A stretch of 64,000 nt of DNA, taken from NCBI GenBank assembly GCA_050084515.1, contig CM114271.1:10044001-10108000 (forward strand). Direction: 5' to 3'. The notes beneath the pieces are model-generated. The model saw only the letters and a list, made by a program, of their open reading frames with translations, had not been told where the DNA came from and did not search any database. The position numbers were made by a program, and so were the translations under genes. Below are positions 27,501 through 38,800 of the stretch, piece by piece. Position 1 is the first letter of the stretch, and every line of letters begins with the position of its first letter. The DNA comes from Blasia pusilla. Lineage: Eukaryota.

Positions 27501-28548
27501 TCCTTGATGTGTCTTTGAATTGCATCGGTCACAGGATGAGTGTGGGAGCCAACATGGACAGCCAGCCTTGTATACTCTGACGTGGAGCCCAAGTCGTGGA
27601 CAATGAAAAATATGTATGCAGGACACGCTCCAACGTAGAAGGGCGATGCCTAACAATGAGGACATCGATGGCCTCCCGGCGGTATGGTGGCACCGACCTC
27701 GTATGGAGTTTCTGCATTCTTGGGAGGGAATTGCGACATATTGACTCGCCCGTCGCGCTCTAGATACGGGCATGCTGGACTTCTACACTCCAAGGCTCCC
27801 ACGCATTGGCGGCGGGAGACAATCCAAGGACCATCTGGAATTGAAGCACTGGTCCGTTGAAGCCTGCACCATCGATGACAATCATACTTTCCGTCCATAC
27901 CCTTCAGGCGTCCTCCATCCTTCTTTTGAGCAGGAGCAGCAAGTGGAGGCAACTCAAAAATGCAATTACCATCGAACGTGGGCAGCAGCTCGTCGACAAG
28001 AATGTGCTTGAACATTTTCAAGGGCAGAGACAAAAGCAAACTATTTCGTGATACTCGCAAGAGGAACGAGTAGGCGGACAGAGGGCCCGATTGGTGTCAA
28101 GCAGATCCATCGAGGTTGATGACATCCGGAATTTCTTCGGGAAAAACAACATTATTCTGGCGTCGCGGGTTGGAGTCAAAGCCGGATGTGCGAGCTTGGA
28201 GTTGCAAACGAGAGCTCGGAGCACTAGGAAATTCTAGACCGTCTACTTGGGAAACATTTAATTCAAAGGCGGGGCGTAAAATCTGTATTGACCATTTGGT
28301 ATAGGTAGGAGATTCCATACTTTACGGTCTGAGGTCACTGGCTGGACCGTCTCACCTATTATGTCTTCTGTACTGTCCACCCTAACATCTTTGGATACAA
28401 AGATGGTTCCAATTTGAAGAAGAAATCGAAAAGACAGAAAATTTTCATCCACTGCTATGAAAGACTCACGAGCTTGGGGTTGAATGATTTCCGATTGAGG
28501 AAGGGCCGCCAGATGACTGCCAGAAGTGAGCTTAACATAATTATCCAT
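24542..28548 (-). pseudogene. Mutator-like DDE transposase with N-terminal GCM-like zinc domain and C-terminal SWIM finger; intron 26045-26540
   Basis: Contiguous ORFs give PTFDGNCIFELPP...MDGKYDCHRW...CVGALECRSPAC...CPHC...HVGSHTHP, then WVSFD (D at 27069-71), GFMAD (D at 26868-70) and RERLDAFHW. After a GTGAGT..TGCAG intron comes PNTSGA*SVHSSW, then SWIM CSC..CKH at about 24651-24720. Several frameshifts and stops. Confidence 0.8.
26104..26421. repeat. Palindrome cluster A, in the transposase intron
   Basis: About 7 copies of CAACCCGTCGGNNNCCGNCGGGTTG, including tandem 34-bp units CAACCCGTCGGTTTCCGTCGGGTTGCACACTCGG. Confidence 0.9.
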
Positions 28549-28811
28549 TCCAAGAAGATTCCAACGGGAGGAGATTGAGAATGAGAATGAGAATATTTAA
28601 TTTATAGTGAATAGGAAATTGATACTTCTGACAGATTTTTATTGACAAGATGAATTCGGTGGGTCACATTGTCTGACACAATGGATCCAATTCTGTAACA
28701 CATTCAATTGTGTTGCAATATGTTACCGGATTTGGGAAGCAGAGGGTTGCATCACACTTGGAACCGTCGGAGTCCTGGTAACTCAAAATTACCGAAGCTA
28801 ACCGAAGCCTC

Positions 28812-29475
28812 GCAACCCGTCGGCATCGGAGGGGTTGCACGCTTCTGCTAAACATTGTCGAAGCGAGCAATCCGTCGCTCTCCGACGAGTTGCTCGGATA
28901 CCGCTCCTTCTTGCCCGAAGATGCCGGAGGCGTGCAAACCGTCTGTTCCCGACGAGCTCTGCGGGTGCCTCGCCTTTTAGCCCAAAGACGGCGAGGCGTG
29001 CAACCCGTCGCCCTCCAACGGGTTGCGCAAGGGCCTCGCCTTGTGGTGCAGCCAGCCAGACTCCGACGACTTGCACGGGAAGCCCTCGTTCTTAACCCTT
29101 GATGAGGGAAGCATGCAACCCAACGGTCTCCGACGGATTGGCCAAGATATGTCCCGTTCCTGTCCCAAACACGGCGGAGGTGCGCAACATGTCGGTCTCC
29201 GACGGGTTGCGCGGGTACCTCGCGTTCTTTTCTGAAGACGAAGGAGGCGCTCCACCCGTCGGTCTCCGACGGGTTGCTCACGCACGTGGCGATGTACCCA
29301 GGATGGCGGAGGCGCGCAACATGTCGGTCTCCGACGGGTTGCGCGGGTACCTCGCGTTCTTTTCTGAAGACGACGGAGGTGCTCAACCCGTCGGTCTCCG
29401 ACGGGTTGCTCGCGCACGTGGCAACATAACCCAGGATGGCAGAGCCGCGCAACCTGTCGGACTCCGACGGGTTTC
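28812..29475. repeat. Palindrome cluster B, a 66-67 bp period array between the two divergent genes
   Basis: 11 copies start at 28812, 28867, 28934, 29000, 29048, 29115, 29184, 29251, 29316, 29383 and 29449. A 132-bp higher-order duplication spans 29184-29448. Confidence 0.92.
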
Positions 29476-29564
29476 CATTTTTCAGGTCCGGACTTCCGTA
29501 ACATCCGGCACGTCGCCGTCGAAAGGATGACGGGACCCAACGGTCAGCCCAACGGCTAGAAAAG

Positions 29565-29572
29565 TATAAATA
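29565..29572 (+). promoter_or_regulatory. Candidate TATA box of the ParB-like/MTase gene
   Basis: TATAAATA in a GC-rich context, followed about 25 bp later by a pyrimidine-rich stretch and lying about 300 bp upstream of ATG 29864. Confidence 0.5.
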
Positions 29573-31076
29573 GGGCAGAAATCGCTCATTTCCGATTTCT
29601 CATTTCGCGATCTTCATTCCTCACTCTCCCGCGCAGCAGCTCATCAGATACGAAGGGGCATTTCACACGGTGACACATCGTGAGTCGATAGGAGGGAACG
29701 AGAGCGAGACCGTTCGACGCAACGACAGCGAGACGGTTTGACCGAGCGATCGCGGGACGATTTGAGCTACCCATCAAGACGATTCGAGCTCCCATCTCGA
29801 CATCAGCAAGGCGACTGATCAAGGGATTCATCGTGGACATAGGTGGAGGCATTTCCGGAAAAAATGACGAGGAAAAAATCACAAGCCAACAAGTTTGGGA
29901 GCTTCACTCCGAAGTCCATTAGGACTCTTGCGTCAGCTTCTCTTGGGCCTCGTTCGGCAAATGAAATTAGGCAGCGTGAAATCGAGGAGCGGGAAAGGGA
30001 AGTGGAGATGCACAACCAAGTGCTTCTTGCGAGACGTGTTCAAGAGGCGCTAGATAAACAGAACGCAGAGGCTGAGACGTCGCAGGCCTTGAAGAAAAGG
30101 ATCGCCGACGAAAATAGAGAAAAGAAGCGTCTGGACGCGTCGGTGAGGAGGGCAGAATTTTCTAAAGCGAGGAGGAAGAAAGTGATAGCCATTGACGATA
30201 GCCCAGCCCGTCCAACCGCAAGTCTTGAGATGCGGGAAATGTCCCCCACGAAGTCCGGGGACACAATCAACATAGTGGAAATGCCAGAAGTTGAAATCGA
30301 TGACGACGAGGTCATGAGGACCGCCAGCGTGGAGATGGTGGACATGGCCGAAGAAGCCAGAGAGCGGTCATTCTCGACTCCAAGCCCGGCGGAGGACATC
30401 GATCTCTATCGGATCGATGAGTTCCCAGTCGATTTGCCAGCCTCTGTCTCAGACAAGTTAGCTGGTCAAGAAACCGACCCCATCTTCGAGCGGGTAAGAG
30501 AGGTTCTAGGTTTTTTGAATTATGTGAATTGCAATTCATTGGGATTTGAGTGTAGCTTATTCCTCTTGTCCCGGTTCTAACAGGTGGTAAAGCAGATGGC
30601 ACTCATGGAAGGCCACAACGCCCCGAGGATTCCACTCTGCCGATTGCGGACAATGGAATACGTCCGCGAAATTCAGTCCGACGAGGACATCGCGGCTAAA
30701 ACAATCGGGCGGCGACAAAGATCCCACGTCGGCGCTTTCCTCCCTTCTATGTTCAGCCTTACGACGAGCATGGAACCCAAGCTTTGGTTACCGAGGAGGA
30801 CTTGGAAAAGCTCAACACATTCTGGAGGATGCGAGACCAAGACTTCAGAAGGCAAGTTGAGGGCACGGAATTCAGCTGGATGAGGAATCTGCATTTCTTC
30901 ATCTGGGATGGAAATCACAGGTTCATGGCGTGGACCAAGTTTGCGGAGGAGCGGCCCAACTCATTGGAGGCACATTTCTGCGTGAAGGTAGTGGTCCTTC
31001 ACCCATACCCTCATCACATGGCGACGGTGGAGATGGCAATGCATGCCATGAACACGTGAGTATCTTTAACACTTTC

Positions 31077-31441
31077 GCAACTCGTCGGACTCCGACAAGT
31101 TGCTCGATTGATGAATGGGTTAGGTTTTTTTTGCCAAAAGCAACTTGTCGGACTCCGACGGGTTGCTCGACTGCACGCTTTTTTGGATGTTTTTTTAAGA
31201 TTGCAACTCGTCAGACTCCGACGACTTGTTTGATTGAACATAGATTTAACTAGTTTTTGGCCCAAAGCAAACCGTCGGACTCCGACGGTTTGCTTACTAG
31301 GCATTAGCAAATCTGAATGCAATCCGTCGAACTCCGACGGGTTGCATCATTAAGCTCGTTGCTAAAATCCGACCTTGAGCTCTGACAACCCGTCGGAGTC
31401 CGACGGGTTGCAGGAACCCATGTAATTTCCTAACGGGTTGA
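31077..31441. repeat. Palindrome cluster C, intron 2 of the ParB-like/MTase gene
   Basis: 6 full copies (31077, 31140, 31203, 31267, 31319, 31385) plus a half site, period about 63 bp, core GTCGGACTCCGAC. Confidence 0.92.
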
Positions 31442-33634
31442 GTTTGGATGTGCAGGATTGTATCGGAGGGGAATGTCACCCACCACTGGATCCATGATTG
31501 CGATCGGGTGAGGAAGGTGCTTACGACGCACCCAGGAGAGTATAGGGGGTTCTTGGGCGATGCCCTCGTCAATCAGATGCTCGCAAAGGGTGCTCAGATT
31601 AAGAAGAAAACTTGGGCAAACAAGTTTATTTCTCAAGATGCAGTAGTAACCATCCTTTGCTGGTCGAAGATACAGGCCCTGCATTGGAGCTGGAGCAGAG
31701 GGAGAAGGTATCTGCGTCTGAGCGCGCCAAATTCATCCAAGCTGCAGTATCTGTTGCAACGAAATACACAGCAAGCAAGATGCAGCGATACATCAGCATT
31801 CTCAACCCCGAACTTGGTCCGGAGTTCTACAAGGAGCTGAAGGCGATTTTCAAGCGCCAGCGGAAGAGGGATGAAGATCCGAATGGTCGGATTGGGGAGA
31901 AAGTGTCACTCGATTGCGTGCATCGGTTTGGGTTGTCCGAGATAAGCGAGTTCAGGAGGATACGACGGATGAAAATCAGTCTCGAGGGCTCAGAGGCCCA
32001 GAAGAGGGCGGCACACCATCCTCTGGGTGTGTCCGATCCAGTGATCTCGCATTGGCTACGCGAATGGTCATTCTGGGACGCGTTGCGGGTAATCGGGAAG
32101 TCCGTGCTGGACGGTCTGCAAGCGGAGCTCAGAAGATTAGAGCCCATTCCGCCGGAAGCAAACCTTGAAAGTTTTGGAGATTTCGAGGTTTGGCTCGACG
32201 ACATCCGGGAGAAGCCAACCAAAAACCCAAGATTCAAGACCATGTTCAAGGTTTGCGTCCTCCCTCAGGCAGAGCTTGACGAAGAAGTAGAGAGGAACAA
32301 ACGGGATCAAGCAAAGAAGAAGCGAGATCTACAGGAGCAGACGGCCGATTCTGTTTGACTAAAAGCTGCCCAACGGATGGTCTTCAGGTACCTCGTCCAG
32401 TGTAAGAACGCACGTGTAATGTCTAAGTGTTTCTTATTTACAGTCAATTGTAGAGTTTGATCCCCAAGAGGATCATTGTTGGATGAAAAGAGAATATAAA
32501 GTGATGATTATGTTGTAAAAGTGTAATTGATTATGTAATTCAAATGTAATATTCCAGTAACATCTTCCGATCCTTTTTTAGTACCTATGTTTTCTTCTTC
32601 AATTCTCTCGAGTGGAGTTTAAAGTACGCTCAGGCAATTTGTTCTCTCGACATCTCGGAACCTCACAGAGACCTCAAGAATAAAGCTAGCTTCTCCTACT
32701 TTCGGAACTCAATCCGTCGGGGGAGGTTTCTCTCTGTCAAACAGATTTCATACAACTTTATGTTGATTATTCCATTGATGAGAAAGGTTCCCCTGATTCA
32801 CTCTTCACTCGGTAGACCCAAAAAGAATATTCAGACATAAGCATCGCACATCAGAATGAATGAATGAATGCTTTACTACTCCATCAAGAATTGGAAGACT
32901 TCAAAGTATATACAAGCTCGAGAGGGTACAACTCTCTTGCTCGGACCATTCCTACAGCATAAGGACTTCATGAGCGAATGATTATAATAGCTTCTGTCCT
33001 GTTTCTTAAATATTCTCGAGAGTAGGAGCGTTTCTATGATCTGAATCGTTCTTGATGAAGTTGGTGTCTTTTCAATATCTGTAACTACCTAGATCTATGG
33101 TTCTCTTAGCTTTTCCTACGATCCCTGTGAATCCGCGGTACAAAACTGTTCTAACTACCAATTTGATACAAAGGGTCGCGCCCTTTCCTAGTCTAATTGT
33201 TTAAACTATGTGTCGGTTCGAATCACAATCATGTTGAGCTTCGCTGCGCTAAATTTCCGGAGGACGAGTTCTTCATTCTTCTTCGTCTTCGTGCTTCGTG
33301 CTTCGTGCAAGAGCAAAGTACTTCGTAAACAGAGCTTCGTTGAGCTTCGTTAGATTTTTTTAAGCTTCGCTGAGCTTCGCTGAGCTTCGCGTTGATCCTT
33401 TATACCGTTCTGACTTTTGATTCTCCTCTAAGGCAAATCCTTGATCTTCCATCTCTCTGCCTTGTCTTAGGAGCTTGGTGATTCACTTATTCTTCTTCAT
33501 AATAATAAATAATCATAATCAAAATCATAATATACAAGAGTCTTCGTTGAATAAAAAGATATATTCTTCAAGATTACAAAATTGTGGGTATCACATACCC
33601 CCTCCCTCAAATGTGAGCCGCCCCGGCGAACACT

Positions 33635-35551
33635 TCATGATGTGTCTCCTATCTCCATAAAAGTGTCGTCTAAACTATCAAATTCAGGGGTAGGCACAAA
33701 ATGGCCATGAATCGTAGAAGGTTTGTTGATAATGTTAGGGGTATGATTGCGCATTCTTTCTCGCGACTTGTTAACCACTAAGTGACTCCCTAGGACTTCA
33801 TTCAGGACTAAGACATCAAATGGAGTGAATGCTGATAATTCTTCAAGAGTAAGTGAAAGAGTGCGTACTACTTCTGGAAGAGACTTAGTATGATTGTCGA
33901 ATTGGCGCTTCCAATGTTTGTTGATGTAGCCGATTTCCTCGTTCATCTGCTCTCCGAAGTTCTTGCTTGCTTCGTCGACCAGCTCTTTGACATCTTCCGG
34001 GTCCATCTGGGCTTCGCTGAGTAGCTTCTGCTCTGCCTCCAAGATTGCGATCCTCCCGGTAGCCTCCGCCCACTGCGCCAATAAGTCTTTGTTCGCTTCT
34101 TGATGTTCTTAAAGCAACTTCGAAGACTCAACATGTTGGATCGACAACTTCTTGAATTCGGTGTGAACCCGCCATATTTGATGTTGATACTTGTCAATGA
34201 GGTGCGAAGCTTCCTTGATCTGCGAAACTAACTGATCCGCCCCACATTCGAGGTTAATCTCCAAACTTTCCCATTGGCGTTGCTCGTGCTTCAGATCGAC
34301 ATCGACCAAGTCGCTTTGAGCTTTGCGAAGCGTGGTCTTTGTGTCCTCGAGTTCCTGATCCCGTAATTTCAGATTCGTTTATGCTACTCGACGCTGTACT
34401 TCGTGGTCGGACAAAGCTTGGGCTCTGCAGTTGAGGTCGTGCAGGCCTTCTAAATAATCGTCCACGGACGCTGTATCCTCAAGGTGAAGAACCCGCTGGA
34501 GTTGGTTCATGACGGGAACTGCCAATTGCAAGAACCATATCATGTCGTTTGCCGTCTGCGACATGAGTCGAAGTGCAGGTTGATGATCCCTTGCCCGCGG
34601 GGTCTCGTCGGAATCCTCCTGCATGACAGGTTCTGGGGCCGGGGGTGTTTCAAAATTGACCCGGCCTCGCTTTGGCCGAGGCATTTTGTTGGTATCTTCG
34701 TCTTTCTTCAAAGCCGAAGTATGAGGATGTTGCTGAGGTGCTTCGAAGGGCGGGGTGACTTCGCGGCTACCCATGGTACTAGTTGCGCCTTTCCGTGGTA
34801 GTCGGACGGGGGTCACTTGCGACCAATCTAACGCCTCCTCTGCGGTTAATTCCTGCTTGTGAATATAAAGATGGATCAAGAAAGGAGATAGGAAGGACTT
34901 CGTGCTTGGATGAAGCACGTCCACCATTCCTCGTATGTGCCCGTCCACAAAAGCAGCAAAGTCGACTCCTGGGGCTTCGGGGTCAAGGTGCTGATTCCAG
35001 ATGATGTAGCACATCTTCAAAAGCTTATTTGTCAGATAGTAAGAACGAGCGGGATAAAACAGGGTCATCAAATGTTTGCAAAACTGACCAAATACGGGCG
35101 GAGAGAGTGACGAAGCCTTGTAGCCGTTCCTGCCCAAGCGCTCAGACGTGACACAGCCGAGTGCTAAAAGATCTTCATGTTTTACTAGCAACTCCGTGTC
35201 ATACTCGTACTCTGGTGCAACCGGGAGCAGATAAGTTGCTCGCCAGTCGTCCGCCGTCCAGTGTTGGGATTGAGCTCGATACCGAAGACCCTTCTCTCCA
35301 AACTTGGCGACGGCAGACGCAGAGCGAAGCTCACCCAAGAGTTCTCCGGATGTTAAGGTCCAGTTGGCTTGAAAGAAAGTTGCCAACGATCGCTCCTTGA
35401 GCGCTTCGATCAGCTCCGGTGACAGCTTGACCATCGGCATCGCCGCGCTTCGCAGAATGGGTGTGGAGTCTTCGCGAGGCATGTTGCTAGGTCGATCTCG
35501 ATGGACACCCCGCTTTGGCCTGCTATGCAACTTCGTGGTGATCCCGTCCAT
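33635..35551 (-). CDS. Extra 3' ORF of the Athila-like element (env-position ORF; globular N-terminal domain plus predicted coiled-coil tail; interrupted)
   Basis: The 390-aa ORF 34379-35551 lies downstream of integrase in the sense orientation. It is continued by ORFs 34109-34309 and 33635-34081 up to the PPT. Confidence 0.65.
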
Positions 35552-35867
35552 GAAAATACCCGCTTGGTTACGCCGGACTGCTCTTATAGTCCGCTCCCCC
35601 CTTGTCCGTTCTTGGTCGTGGCGCCGAGGCTATAACAAGAAGGTGGACGCTTCGCGTCTTTGCCACGCTCCCCCTTCCTCACTTCCTGCGCTTCGCTGCT
35701 TCGCGAAGCATGGGATGTCTGGAACCTCGGTGCTTCGCTGCTTCGCGAAGCACGGTATATCTTGAACTTCTGTGCTTCGCGACTTCGCGAAGCTCGATAT
35801 GTCCTGAACTTCGTAGCCGCTACTGCGGAAGGCATGTGGTGTTCGCCTACCCCTTCCTCATGTTTGA

Positions 35868-38800
35868 TTATCCTCGGTTCGGGCTCATAATACCGGCGAC
35901 ATGCATTCCATTGACTCGCGTGGGCGTGGATTCTCCGTGTAAGGTTTCTAATTGGAGGGATCCATTATCATAGATGGCCAATACCCGGTAGGGTCCCATC
36001 CAATTTAATTTTAATTTTCCGGGGAACTTTAGCCGCCGGTTATCATACAATAGCACTAAGTCGCCAACATTGATAGATTGTGGCCGGAGATGTCGATCGT
36101 AACGTTTCTTACGTTCTTTTTGCACTTGGCCTGTCCGGCGTAACGCGAGCATGCCTGCTTCTTCCAACTCCACTAGGGTCTCATTCCTGTGTTCGATAAC
36201 TTCGCCCGCAGCTTCCGTTCTTGTGCCCTCCAATACCCGGTAAGTGGGCAACGCCCATTGAATAGGTGTTAAGGGATGTACGCCATAAGTCAGGAAGAAC
36301 GGGGTGTATTTTGTCGTCACCTTCTCAGCTGTTCGGTACGCCCATAATGCTGGGGAAATTTTCGTGTCCCAATCATAGGAATATGTTACCGTTAATCGAT
36401 TCAATATTCGGCAAATGAGGCCGTTCGATTTTTTCGTCAACCCGTTGGCTTTAGGGTTGTAGGGAGTGGTTTTCCGATGCTTAATGAGAAAATTGGGAAG
36501 TGAGAGACTCAATAGTCTGGTTCAGGAAGTGCGTACCCCGGTCACTTACTAGTTCCAACGGACAGCCATAGCGCGTGATAATCATCTCGTATAAAAACTT
36601 AGCCACTGCTTCACTGTCATCTTTCCGCGTGGCTAGTGCTTCAACCATCTTAGTACAATAGTCCGTGACGATAAGAATATACTTCCGCCGAGTTTGGCGA
36701 GTGGCCGGGGAGATAGGGCCCACGAAGTCAATGCCCCATTTTTCAAAAGGAGCTAGGGGCATGATGGGGACCAAAGGCCACCCAGAGTCGCTGTGGGTCG
36801 ACCGCCCTTTGGCAGCATCACAATTCGAATAAAATTACCTACGTCTTTGTACATAGTCGGCCACCAATAACGTGCGGCCAAAATTTTCTTAACGGTATTT
36901 TTTACTGCATAGTGTCCACCGGAATCAGCCATATGCAGGGCTCTGATGACCTGGGGAACCTCTTCCGCTTCCAAGCATCTTTGATGCTCTTCATCAGCAC
37001 CTAATTTGAATAAGACCCCTTGTCAGATCTCATAAGGGCCTATCCGATGTAAAAAAAACTGCGCGTTCTTCCCCGTCATCGTGGTAGGAAGTCGCAGAGT
37101 CATTAGAAACCACAGAATATCCTCATAAAATGATCGGCTCAACGTTCCTCGTTATCCGGAAAGATCTTCATCGGAAAGGTATCATCGCAGATTGGGTGAG
37201 GTCGCGTTTGTCATCCTCAACCGGGAAAGAAAATCGGCATTGGTATGCACCTTGCGGCAGACGGGTCACAACATCAAATGTGAATTCTTGTAGCAACAAG
37301 ATCCACCGTGCAATGCGCCCCGACAGTCGGCTTTCACCATTAAGGGTCCGAGTGCAAAATGATCCACATGAAAGACAAATTCGCACCCTAATAAATAGTG
37401 TCGGAACTTTTACACGAGAAGACCATGCCTAACGCCTCGTTCGGTAGTTGTATATTTTGCTCTGCCGTCGATAGTTGTCGGCCGGCGTAGTAAATTGAAA
37501 ATCATGTTTGTGCTCATCCAATTGGTGAGCACTACCCAATGGCAATGAGGATGTGTCCACATACACGTGGAAGGGTTTGGTCCAATCGGGGACCGGGCAC
37601 AGAGCCTTTTGCAATGCGTCTTTTAAGGTGTCGAATGCCACTTGGCACGCTGGTGTCCACTCCCATTCGGTGGTCTTCTTAAGTAATGCAGTAAGAGCGC
37701 CCACTTTTACCGCGTAATCTTTAATGAACCGTCGATAGTACCCGACATGTCCCAAGAATCCTCTCAATTCCCGGAGATTAGTGGATGGTTCCAATGTCGA
37801 CCTCAATTCCTTGCGCCGACACTCGGTGTCCCAGCAGAATTCCTTGTTTCATAGCGATATATGATTTGTCCGGATGAAGGGACAAATGCACTTCGCGACA
37901 GCGTGCGAGTGTTAACTCTAACTTTTCCAGATGTTTGGGCTCTGTGCTAAAGATACAAAAATCGTCTAAAAAGATTTCCACGAACTTCCGAAGATAGTCC
38001 TGGAAGATGGAGATCATCATCCGTTGGAAAGTAGCTGGGGCATTGCACAACCCAAAAGGCATTACGCGATATGCGAAAGTTCCCCAGTCCGTCGTGAACG
38101 TTGTGAGGGGACGATCCTTTTATCGTATGGATACTTGGTTGTACCCCGAATATCCGTCCAAGAAAGTATAACGCTCGTGCCCGGCCACTTTATCCAAAAT
38201 ATTGTCAGTGAAAGGTACAGGATGGTGGTCTTTTAAGGTGGCCGCATTTAATTTTCGATAGTCCTGGCACACTCGGATTTTGCCCGTTTGTTTTTTAGGC
38301 ACAATTACGATGGGCGACACCCACTCACTGCTTAACACCGGATAGATTATTCCTACCTCGAGACGCTGATTGATCTCGTCCTTGACTAACAATGAATACT
38401 TTGGATTCAGTCGATATTGTCGCATCCGTACCGGGACCGCCCCTTTTTTAAGATCAATTCGGTGTTCACCATATTGTGCGGGAATGCCTGTCATTTCATC
38501 CATGGAGTATGCAAAGACATCCAAATACTCAAACAGTAGTCTTTTATATTTTGTAAGTGTGGTTGGAGACAAATCCACCGAAAAGCGTAGAGACTTTTGA
38601 TCTGCAATATTGACCTGGACGTAGTCCTACTCCTGAATTTTTTTTTTTGTAAACTGGAAGGTGCTATGACCTAGCTTCTCTTCCTCTCGAGTCGACCTTG
38701 GCTTGGAGGGTACTGCCTCCTCGTCTATTTCATAACATTCTAAATAATATACATTGGACGAGGACTCGAGAGCGGTGGTGTTGTCTTGATCTCGACGTAT

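Noticed and set aside
28812-29475. CRISPR array (palindromic repeat of about 27 bp with spacers of about 40 bp)
   Set aside because: The spacers are related to each other and partly duplicated, the repeats are degenerate, no cas genes are present and the context is eukaryotic. It is a diverged tandem array.
28664-29540. Long overlapping ORFs (262 aa, 187 aa, 143 aa)
   Set aside because: They are products of the GC-rich, stop-poor palindrome array and show no domain signal.
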